Assembly (NCBI GenBank): GCA_003344405.1
Contig: NOWV01000172.1
Location: forward strand, 1-64,000
Length of the DNA: 64,000 nt
Direction of reading: 5' to 3'
Source: Trichoplax sp. H2
Lineage: Eukaryota
Part shown: in pieces, positions 41,069 through 52,003 of the stretch
Layout: the number at the start of each line of letters is the position of its first letter
Position numbering within the stretch: the stretch's first letter is position 1
Made by a program: the position numbers and the translations under genes
The notes under the pieces: model-generated
What the model was told of the DNA's origin: nothing
Database searches by the model: none
The model's input: only the letters and a program-made list of their open reading frames with translations

Positions 41069-42517
41069 ATGGCCGATGTATTCAATGATTCAATTGCTAC
41101 ATCATCCAATCTTCAATGGTTTATCAATACTTCCACAATTATACCGAGCGAAATTTATACCAGAATTGGACCAAATCAGCCAATTAATCCTAATCCTAAT
41201 GTTAATGTCAAACCTTCCAATAGTAATGATGGCATACCATCAGATACGTTGTTACTAATCATACTCAGCTCTATTTTAGCTGTTACTAATATTGTAACAA
41301 ACATTTTAACATTAGCCTTAATCTTAACACGACGACATCTTCGAACTGTGGCTAATACTATCATTGCTAGCATGTTCGTCTGTCATTTATTTTATTCCTT
41401 TTTCTATACTATTCCTTATGTTGTTTTTAAAAGCCTTGAAATGACCGGTCGCCCCAGACTCAGCCATGCCAGCAATATTTACTGTCAAATGCTTATCTTT
41501 GTCCTTCCTAATGTCTTCTCTGTTAATATGAATTTTCATATTTGCGCTATCGCTATGGAACGGTTTATAAGCATTTCGGCACCATTTTGGTACCAAGATG
41601 TTATCTTAAACTGGAAAAGTATCGTATTTGTCACTGCTGGGCTTATATGGTTATTATCACTTTTGATTGGGTTCTATCCCTATCTTGATGGTCTCTATAT
41701 CTGGCAACCACACGCTTGTGTTCCAGGTGTAGATCCTGCAACAGCTCGATATTTAATTCCGTGGAATATCTTTATTACAGTATTTCGATCTGCTCTTCCT
41801 CTTGTATTTATATGCATATTTTATTGGAGAATCTATCGTATTGCTAAGCGAAAAACGATTGAATTAGTAAATCCTCATCCAAATAGCCCAAGGCAAACTG
41901 GTAGTGCGTATAAGGCTGCCAAAGTGATTGCAGTCATTATTGGTGTTTTTATTGTTTGTAAATTACCAAGGGATATAACTAATTTAATTCGTACATTTGA
42001 TCATAGCATTGGAAGACAGGAGATCTTACAAAGATTGCGATATTGGTGTGAATTTGTTGGCATTAACCTTAGTTCGTCAATTAATCCTTTATTGTATACC
42101 TACTTGAATAATTCATTCAGAAAGGAGCTGAAATTATTAATTCGACGCTACAAAATCAGAAGAGATAGATCCTATTTGTCAACGAAAGAAAAACCAACTC
42201 AAGCAAGACGTAGAATACGCTCCAGTAAGAAAGCTGAGTCTGTGCTCTTAAAGAAACAAAATAAAGCCAGTAATTATGAAATTGCCACTGGCAGTTATCA
42301 AAATGGAAGCTTAAAAACGACGGATATTATAGTCAACCGAACCAGCACTACTTTTAGATTGGAAAAATCACAATCATCTACCAATAAATTTTCAACTCAG
42401 GAAAAGATTTATGCTCAATATGACCTATTTCTTAATAATAATCATCCTCTAGATCATCATACAAGTGATGACTATTTCGGTTTAGAGAACAACTATCATT
42501 GTGAAACCGTAGTCTAA
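41069..42517 (+). CDS. Intronless class A (rhodopsin-like) orphan GPCR, 482 aa; paralog of 20474-21952
   Basis: The ORF-track start at 41012 is TTG; the first in-frame ATG is 41069 (MADVFNDS). 7TM with ERF (DRY variant), VFIVCKLP and NPLLY. Ends CETVV. TM segments are closely similar to the upstream paralog. Confidence 0.95.
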   Translation: MADVFNDSIATSSNLQWFINTSTIIPSEIYTRIGPNQPINPNPNVNVKPSNSNDGIPSDTLLLIILSSILAVTNIVTNILTLALILTRRHLRTVANTIIASMFVCHLFYSFFYTIPYVVFKSLEMTGRPRLSHASNIYCQMLIFVLPNVFSVNMNFHICAIAMERFISISAPFWYQDVILNWKSIVFVTAGLIWLLSLLIGFYPYLDGLYIWQPHACVPGVDPATARYLIPWNIFITVFRSALPLVFICIFYWRIYRIAKRKTIELVNPHPNSPRQTGSAYKAAKVIAVIIGVFIVCKLPRDITNLIRTFDHSIGRQEILQRLRYWCEFVGINLSSSINPLLYTYLNNSFRKELKLLIRRYKIRRDRSYLSTKEKPTQARRRIRSSKKAESVLLKKQNKASNYEIATGSYQNGSLKTTDIIVNRTSTTFRLEKSQSSTNKFSTQEKIYAQYDLFLNNNHPLDHHTSDDYFGLENNYHCETVV

Positions 42518-44915
42518 TTTCCAACATATACGTATGCCCTTCCATTTTTCCTTCATCTGGATCTAAATTAATATTTAATTACAGGCAGCTTCTAATGATC
42601 ACTTTAGCACATTATTAGTTCAATCTCAATGGCAAGCTATAACGATATTTTATTAATAAAAGTAAATGAAGACACTTGATGGGCTTATAAAATTTTAATT
42701 TTCATCCGGCCTGCTCTTATTAATAAATTTCCTTATCTTAATTAGCTTATACTTATTTCCTGATGTACTATACAATGTGATCGTCAAGGTGTTATTATCT
42801 CCATATAATCTTTCGAATCTTTTAAATTTATAAATGTATTTACAAATTATTAGAAAGCGAATTAACTTGCTATGTGATCACCAATTTGTAATATTTGAAC
42901 AAGTTTTCAATCACTAACGCAAGTGACCGAAGCTATCTTTACATTGTATAATAATGCAGAAAGCAAAATTGAAACATATCGATTGGTAAACAAGCTCTCG
43001 TATGTCAAATTCTTTTATTTATATCTTATTAACGAACTTATTTATTGCTTAAATTTAACGATTACTTCAGCCATTGGAATTATTATAACAATACTAGGTA
43101 GAAATTATTTTAACTTAAATTCTTTCTCGACTACTATGTACATTTCAAGAGGACAGGGTAGTTGTATAAAGTGATTGTAACTTTCGCATTTTTCTGATAT
43201 AATCCATTAATATAGTTTTAATTCTGGTCGGACCCAGAATACTTGCATTGCACCCTATGTTTCTATACTTTTTAAATTTCGCAATCCTACAATTTACTCA
43301 TTTATCATACTACTTGATTGATAAGTTGCTATTGTCACTGAATAGATCGAAATAAGTCATTTAAATGTTTTGGCTATTATATGAAAAACATAGCTGGCAA
43401 TGTAATCCAATTTGTAACCGTCAGTTAATATGCATTTATGATAACATTTCCCATCATTGTCGATAATAATTATTGCTATAGACTTGGATAGACTAGGCAA
43501 TACTATAAAAGAGACGTTATTGCAACAAATCATAATAGTCGTTTAATTAAGTTATACATACGTTCAGATCATTCGGCTAGATGTAATCAAATACAACGGA
43601 CAACCTCGAAGAATTTCTGATAGATACATATCTCATGCATTTCAGTTTTATCCTACTCGTTCAATATATAACATTAATGGCCGCTAAATAGATTTTTGAT
43701 TTAATGCTATAAATTTTTTGGACGCATCTGATAGTGAATAATTATAATCAAGACAATAACAATTTCTATGTTATTGTTGGAATAGGTAAGAGTGACGTAA
43801 TGGTTACAGTCTACTTACAAGTAGTAATTAATTAGCTGATTACAGGATCCGCTAGCATTAATATTGTTATTACTCTCAAATGATGTTAGATGGTTTACGC
43901 TATAGGGCTTGCTGGTGTATTTAGCCAAATAGTATTCGTGATGTAGAGAAATACATAAAGATTTTTGGGATAATACTCTAGTAGTCTACAACTTTACATA
44001 ATAGCAAAGGATTGTAGGAAATAGTGAAGACTGTAGACTTACCAGTGTAAGTGCTTTAAATAACTAAACACAACAAGTTATATTTGAACGTATTACAATA
44101 AGACTACAAAAATATCCGTATTTAAGAATAATATAAAATGATTATATTTTAAGAATATCTATATTAGTTACAGTATAATCTAAAAATACTACAGTATTCC
44201 AAGTACGTGATCGCAGTACGCCTATCATTACCTACGGTAAAATTCTCGTATACTGTACTGTGAATTTATTCCGCATCGATGATCTGATGCATCGACAATC
44301 TTTATTTGCTTACTTTGAGCAATAGAGGATTCATTAGCTTACTGTAGCCATAATTTGAAAACACCAATACAGCATTAATGATATCATTCCAGCTTTAAAC
44401 TATGCGATAAGTAGTTCCCAACTCAAAAATCTACAGTAAATTAAAGACAGTGGCCGCAGTTGTATTATACAAGTAATTTGCCACTTTGCCTTGATATAAA
44501 TCAGTATTCTAAAGCTAAAATCTACAAGTTTGCAAATTGTGTTACAAGTGAAGATTTATTTGCAGTATACAGTATATTGGTTTATCTGGAAATAACAAAT
44601 TCAGATAACAGACAGAACTTTAACTATATATGCTTAAACTATTTACATAAGGTTAAGCTGTCTTTAACATCTAAAACACTTGACTATTAAAAGTCAACGA
44701 CATAGTAGCGACAACTTCACCATCGACCTAAAAGATCTGGATAAATGGACAGGGGAAAAAATAGCAGTGATCAGAAACTTGTTACCTTGAGAAGTTACAA
44801 TGGCATTATAGGTAGATATAATGCAGTTGTATCAAAAATTCGATATGATAGAAATACATATTTCTAAAATAGCATTAAATATCGTGTTACGTTAGGACTA
44901 AATATAAGCACAATA

Positions 44916-47664
44916 TTAGGTTTCCATTTCAACTTCTTCAACTTCCATCTCGTCACCACCAGCGTTATCGCTTGCAATGATATTATCAGGATATTGGCCA
45001 GCTTTCAGCATCACTTCCAGTCGTTGTACTTCTTCTAAAGTATTAGCTTTAGCAATAGCTTCCTATGATAAATACACAGCATGGTCCATTGCAGTACTAT
45101 ATCATTATTATATTGCAGTTTAACTTACTAAGGGAAATAAATGCATTAACGATTTCACTTTCAATTAAACAGAGAGAAATTACTAGTCGGTCACCTTGAT
45201 AGCATTCGCATGAGAGTTTGTAACGGCAGCCTTAGCCTCCTCAAGTTTTTCCCCAGGCATAAATCTGAACATTGTTTTATAAAGAGCAATTTTAATGATA
45301 TTCAGTCAATAGAATCATAGTTTGTCTGCTAAAAACGTAAAATTAAACAAGGTTTTATTTCACCAACGTTTTACTCTTTTTGCCAATTTCATTCAGTAAA
45401 TCTTTTCCCTGAGAACCTGCAAATAATTTCTCAGCTGCGATGCGCTCCTAAGACGTAATCGGTGTGATCAATAGTATATATATAACACTACTAATGATTA
45501 TATCTGTAAGTTCCGATTTAAACTAGTGGCATTAGTTTACAATATTTATGTGTCTCGACCGTAATTAAAAATTTAACTAATATGCGGTAAATATCTTTAC
45601 CTAGCTATGCAAATATCTGGTGATAATTTAAGGAGCTTACCTTTTCCTTTACTTTTAGAAAGTCGAGCAATTTAATGTGTGGCAGTTTGTAGATAACGTA
45701 AAGTCGATAATGTTTTTTATTTGCAATAGGATTCTTCAATAAGCTATATAACAAACGCGATATATGGGTAGGTTAACGTTGCAAGAGTTACAATTAAGCC
45801 AAGGATTTCGCTTGATGCATTAAAACATTAAGGGTATCATTGAACATGCTAAGTTATAAAACATGAAGCTATATAATTTTACTGCACACAAAATATTTCG
45901 CATAATTTACCACAGAGACTTGAGTGTTTTAACCGTCGACAAAGGTTCAATATCTCCCTAAATGGTATGCAAATCAATTTAACAATTTTTTGGTCTGAAA
46001 ATCTGAAATTTGCCTTAACTAGTAAAGTAAAATAACTGATACTTTCTACATATTTACTAAGGCGACAATTCATATCAAACTACACGTACATGATTTCGAT
46101 TTGTCAATAGGATACCATTTACTCTATACGAGCATTACAACTGCAATGCAAAAACTAGACCTACCAATTCTTGCATATTGTTGCAAGTTAAAATAAGTTC
46201 TTCCAGCATAGGGAGACTATCTTCTAAATTAGAACCGATACGACTACAATAAAAATAAATAAATAATATTTTAAAATCATAATGTATTCACGCTTCTATA
46301 TACTGTACTGTACTTAAAATGACCGAATCTCTCACTTGGAATAACTACAACTAATATCATTACGTAAGATTACTGTAAATTTAGTACTGTGACTAGTTAT
46401 GCATCAATGATACAACTAATGATCATACCATAGTTGATTGTTATTCAATAGGATACATTTCAGTCTACGTAGCAGAGGAAACCCTTCTAATTTCCTAATT
46501 CCATTATCCGAGAAATCAATGGTATCGAATTGATCCTATCATTAAGATTTAAGTTCAACTTTAAAAGTTGTTTCTTATAGCAGATTGCTATCATATCAAT
46601 ATGGTAAAGAGCAAGTAATTGTCCATCACATATCCTATCCTAAGTGATTATAATTTATAATGTCATCGTCCAAGTACAAAATCTAGTCCATTCGGCAAAT
46701 GCCTAGTATAATATCATGATATAAGAGTACACTACCAAAATTTCTAAGTCTAATACATTAATTATTGATTAATAGCGGAAATGTTGTATGTAATTGAGTA
46801 AGATATATGACAAGGCTGCATTTGCCATAGCAATTAACAACTAAGAATGCAGATATATCGATATTTTATACAGTAGCACAAACAAATCTCGACTATAACT
46901 ATTGTACGATATGTACAGTACAAATACCATTAGTACAGTACAGTATGGTGTAAAATAGTAATACATCATCGGCGATAATGGATTGTCTTACCAAAGTTGC
47001 TCCAAGGTTTTCTAAAATAGTAATCCGATTACCTAACATTGAACAAGAAATAGCGGCTGTCAGAAATCCAATTGGTATTAAAATAAGAAAATTGAGTGCT
47101 TTCATCAATAATAAAATTATATAATAGATCCAATGCAAGACTAGAGCAATGCACATTAACGTGGATAATTGATTTTACTACGAACTACAGAAAAATAATC
47201 ATCCAAGATTATAATGAAAAGAGGAGAATCTCTTCAAGAATTCAGGTGTTGCTGATACTATATGGAAATCAATACGCTGTACAAGATTATAAAAATTAAA
47301 CCAGATTGAGCTTTACAGCTTTCAAATAGGCTTCCTTGTAGGTAGTATACAGTATATTGACTTGATGACACAAGGCCAACATGCAGTTTTTCAACATGAA
47401 TTGATCGACTGATGTTGTAGTCATTGCACCAATCACTGTAGACATTTGAGCAAATTATCCTCCATAATATACAATATCTTACGAAATCAAAGTATTATCT
47501 GATACTGTAAATACAACTTTGCAATTCAAGCTCTCACTATCTTGTACAGTAGCCAACGATTGCTGTAGTAGATTGAACCAACCTCGAAGATCTAACTCTC
47601 GATCTTTGACAGCGTTGGTAAATTGCGGTGCCATAGCAATTAAATCTGCAGTTAATTTAACCAT
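44916..47664 (-). CDS. SNRPA1: U2 snRNP A' (LRR protein), 9 coding exons, 251 aa
   Basis: Exons 47664-47583, 47032-46992, 46535-46429, 46243-46165, 45957-45911, 45743-45641, 45447-45368, 45264-45195, 45062-44916; all GT-AG, phases consistent, 756 nt. MVKLTADLIAMAPQFTNAVKDRELDLRGNRITILENLGATLDQFDTIDFSDNGIRKLEGFPLLRRLK..HYRLYVIYKLP..EAIAKANTLEEVQRLE matches U2A'. Confidence 0.96.
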
Positions 47665-47714
47665 GATGATTTAACGCACAGGAATTTTTTTATACAAAAT
47701 TGTTGAAATAAAAG

Positions 47715-47868
47715 ATTGGTCACAAAGACGGAGCCTCCTAGCTCAAATAGAGGACACAGCTTTTAATTGACGATGGAGCCTCCTAGTTTAAGTAGAGGAT
47801 ACAGCTTGGAGTTCACGATAGAGCCGAGTGGAAAATTCGACGAGTTCGCGCAAATCTCGTTGACCAAT
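47715..47868. promoter_or_regulatory. Candidate SNRPA1 proximal promoter with two NF-Y-like CCAAT boxes
   Basis: TGACCAATC on - (ATTGG at 47715-47719) and TGACCAATG on + (CCAAT at 47864-47868), ~50 and ~200 bp upstream of the ATG. Confidence 0.45.
47730..47825. repeat. 45-bp tandem duplication (2 copies plus a partial one)
   Basis: GGAGCCTCCTAG..TAGAGGA.ACAGCTT at 47730 and 47775; partial AGAGCC at 47820. Confidence 0.8.
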
Positions 47869-47871
47869 GGC

Positions 47872-49075
47872 TTACAGAGTTACAGTATAGCACAGCACTA
47901 CACTTGGCGTTCAACAAGGCAAATCTGACAGTATACCCTTAGTAACGCACTGAACACTCCGTACTGGACACCACTACGCTGTACTGTATGCCGTAGTACC
48001 CCGGTCGATGCAGCGGTGTCTCTCTACTCCGTGGTCCATGTGTAGTCAATGAGTGAACGTTTACAGTGTACAGTACAGCTGCGACCGTAATCTACAGTAC
48101 TGTAGCGCAGAGTACTGTACTGTACTGTAGTCCATATTGTGCGCCAGCCAGTCCCAAGGACTAAACGAGACAATAGAATTTCTACGGTGAAATGTCCTAC
48201 AGTACGAGTCCATTTCTTGTACTGTACACTGTACAGTCCATGATAAAAAACGGCTTGATTTGGGCCGAATGCGGAAATTCTGATTTCACTTTTGACGTTC
48301 AAATCATGAACGAATATTGCTAATTTGAAAGCAGATGAAACGCGAGTTGTTCATTTAATTTTCGAATTAGATTATAGCCGTTCAACACAGAAATGCACGA
48401 ATACATTACAGTTCTATTATTCCGGCTAATAGTGAGCGTTCCATCAGTGCTTCCATTCCATATTACAGTACAGTAAGTTCTGTATTAATGAGCACCAGAC
48501 TGTCGACAATACAGTGTATTACGGAATGAAAGAAGTACAGTACAGTACGCAAGCAAGCACGTCCCTGTCGACTAGTAACTACGCACTCTCTTTCCGCTCC
48601 GTTCAGTCTTATACAGTACAGATCTACACTTATTCTACAGTACTGTACTGTACACTGTACAGTACCACACAGTTTTACAGTACCACAGTCATTACTACGG
48701 TACCACCCTGTGTTTTTATACTGTAGTACTGTATTACAGTACTCATTTTGTTTTGTACTGTACGGTCGTGTGTAAAAACTAAGAAATGACACGACAGGAA
48801 CTCGCACCCTTCGAGAGTTGACTGTACTGTACACTGTACACTGTACAGTATGCATTTTGGAGCGGACACGTGGTTTGTCAACACTGAACACTACAGTCAA
48901 CAGTGTGTACAGTACAGTCCGCTCTTAGCTCGTACTGTACAGAACCACAAGTCAGTAGTACAGTACTGTAGACCACTATACTGTACTGTACTATACTGTA
49001 GTACAGTACTGTGCAGTACAGTGTAGAGACTTGGCAAGCACACCGTACTCTACACTGTACAGTGTACAGTGACCG
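47872..49075. repeat. TACAG/TACTG/TACACTG-rich block (putative accumulated Tc1/mariner excision footprints)
   Basis: TACAGTACTGTA at 48093-48104; TACTGTACTGTACTGTA at 48113-48129; TA-CAG-TA-CTG-TA-CTG-TA-CACTG-TA-CAG-TA at 48636-48664; TA-CTG-TA-CACTG-TA-CACTG-TA-CAG-TA at 48825-48850. All embedded in GC-richer unique sequence. Confidence 0.7.
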
Positions 49076-49262
49076 AGCGACTGTCACATTTCATCGGGTT
49101 TTGGAATTTTTGATGGCAATCCATTTTGAACCGTGCCTTGACTCCATACCCACATTGCATTGTACAATGTCCATTAGCCTTTGTAATATGATTTCTATAA
49201 ATATACACTAATTGATGTAAAGGATGATGAGAGGATGGAGAGCAGGTTTATGTATTGATTGA

Positions 49263-50587
49263 CAATGAACGCACATAGGGAGGACGTTAGAGAGACATCG
49301 ATGAGGAGGCTACTGCCTGACGGAACAGAATAAGAATCAATCTACTGTATATTATACTGTATAATTTATACGTAGGCAGCTAGCATGTGATATCACTTAC
49401 CGGCTATCGATTCATTATATTATAGCCATGACGACGCTGAAGCAGCTGATGTAAAACAGTTAACGTACTGTTATGCAAAAAATATGTAGATTCGTTCAGG
49501 AGCTAGGGCAATTAATAGAGAAATCGTTATATTTCAGCCTTCAGCACTTTGTAATCATACCTTGACGATAATCATACCTTGACGACGCTGAAACAGCTTA
49601 CGTAATTCAGTTAACGTACTGTTATGCAAGAATACGTAGATTCGTACAGTAGCTAGGGCAACTCATAGAGAAATCGCAGATGCTTCCTTGTAGTGCTTCT
49701 AATCTACTCATTATATATTACAGCCTTCTGCACTTCGTAATCATACCTTGACGACGCTGAAACAGCTTATTCAATTTAGTTAACGTACTATTATGCAAGA
49801 ATACGTTGATTCGTGCACTACCCAGGACAACTAATAGAGAAATCGTTATATTACAGCCTTCAGCACTTTGTAATCATACCTTGACGACGCTGAAACAGCT
49901 TATGTAATTCAGTTAACGTACTGTAATGCAAGAATACGTAGATTTGTACAGTAGCCAGGGCAACTCATAGAGAAATCGCAGATGCTTCCTTGCAGTGCTT
50001 AGTCGTCCTGCAGTAGCCTGGCATTAACTTACAACGTACGGTAATTGTAAATAGACACTCGAATAAGTATTTCTNNNNNNNNNNNNNNNNNNNNCAATGA
50101 ACGCACATAGGGAGGACGTTAGAGAGACATCGATGAGGAGGCTACTGCCTGACGGAACAGAATAAGAATCAATCTACTGTATATTATACTGTATAATTTA
50201 TACGTAGGCAGCTAGCATGTGATATCACTTACCGGCTATCGATTCATTATATTATAGCCATGACGACGCTGAAGCAGCTGATGTAAAACAGTTAACGTAC
50301 TGTTATGCAAAAAATATGTAGATTCGTTCAGGAGCTAGGGCAATTAATAGAGAAATCGTTATATTTCAGCCTTCAGCACTTTGTAATCATACCTTGACGA
50401 CGCTGAAACAGCTTATGTAATTCAGTTAACGTACTGTAATGCAAGAATACGTAGATTTGTACAGTAGCCAGGGCAACTCATAGAGAAATCGCAGATGCTC
50501 CCTTGCAGTGCTTAGTCGTCCTGCAGTAGTCTGGCATTAACTTACAACGTACGGTAATTGTAAATAGACACTCGAATAAGTATTTCT
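49263..50587. repeat. Near-identical duplication around an N-gap (49263-50074 vs 50095-50587); probable uncollapsed haplotypes
   Basis: Both copies start CAATGAACGCACATAGG and end GAATAAGTATTTCT; gap at 50075-50094. The 319-bp length difference is tandem-repeat copy number. Confidence 0.85.
49429..50000. repeat. Tandem repeat of ~134/169-bp units (A-B-A-B')
   Basis: TGACGACGCTGAA anchors at 49429, 49580, 49749 and 49882; only two anchors (50261, 50395) in the other copy. Confidence 0.9.
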
Positions 50588-52003
50588 ATCTACCATGGTA
50601 GAATGACAGACCAATGTCAATTAACCAAAATCTCAGCAGTATTAAGTAAAATGTGGTGTCAAGTTATGAGAAGAAACTAGAAAATTCGCAGAATGTGTAC
50701 ATTGCGCGTTATTGATTTGATTTAACGGTAGTGTGAACGAAGCAGTAACTGCTGCACAAATATGCGCGCATACTGTAATCAATCAACTGGATAAGTGTTA
50801 TTGGATTATGTACAGTAGAATATATTATATAGTATGCTATGTTCAAACGTTGAAACCTCCAACGCCCATAGTACTTTACATTTCTCAACTCACTTCAATT
50901 ATTTTGATAACTGTAGCTATTCAAAATCAACATGATAAAAGTTCCTCCATTACGGCTGATATCAGCAGCTACGGTAATCTTCGATATTCAACAGAGGCCA
51001 TTCATCAATTTCATTCGCTATCAGGTAAAATGACAATAATATCCATTCATCTTACCCATAGCTAGAATATAGTCTTGTGCACAACTTTCATTCCATCAAG
51101 TTGACGTTGAAATACAGTTCTAATGGTAAAATTATTTATAATAATATTGTCAAGTTAATTAACATCATCCAATCATGACAAATAAAGTTTGTCGACTTTT
51201 CACGTGCATGCATATCCACACATAAAAATTTTAAAAATCGCTGATTTGTGGCTAGAATATGTTGTATTGTATTGGATGGAATAATAGAGCATTGAAATAA
51301 TTACATTACATAGAAGGCGTTGTGAAAACCCTCCTATACACTGTCAGTACTGTATAAAAGTCAGTGTCATAATTCCTTCTCTTCTACGGTACGCTTACGC
51401 GTATATTGAACATTAATCCTTGTAATAGGATTGCCATGGTCAGCGATCGGCGTTATTGTAATGTGCTGTAAGTGCATTATGGAAGTGAGCAATTAACAAT
51501 AGACTGTAGCCATATTTCATGACATTATAGGCCAATATATGAATATTAATCAATCTTTGACAATAATAAGATACAGCACAATTAGAAGAAAAAAAAAGCA
51601 TAAAATAGATCTAGAACTATAGCCTACTATAGAATGACATGATTGATCCTATTGGGGGGACCATTATTAAACAGTAGAAGATAGAATACTGTCGGCATCT
51701 TTTGCATTTTATACACAAACTGTTAGTAATAACAATTTTTTTCTGCTCTTGATATAACTTCTTTATTGAGCCTGTATAATTTCAATATATTTTCTAAAAG
51801 AAATTCTACATTATAGACCAGTAGTACATTTACTTTATATCAACCTACTAGAAATTCAGCATGAATTTGTAACTACGTACCGCAATTGCTCACTTCAATC
51901 GTATATTCACCGATAGCAAAGTCAATACTGTATCAACGATTATCGTAACTCTATGAAGAAGCCAGGAACCTTAAAATTGAAGAAAAAAGATATCTGATAA
52001 GAA

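Noticed and set aside
20474-42517. Opsin assignment for the GPCRs
   Set aside because: Position 7.43 is Tyr/Asn, not the retinal-binding Lys. Retinal binding via K6.48 has no support here.
48024-49211. Several overlapping ORFs rich in T/V/Q/Y/S/C
   Set aside because: By-products of the TACAG/TACTG motifs, which lack stop codons in most frames; no domain resemblance.
49429-50000. CRISPR-like array
   Set aside because: The whole unit is repeated with no unique spacers, there are no cas genes, and the context is eukaryotic.
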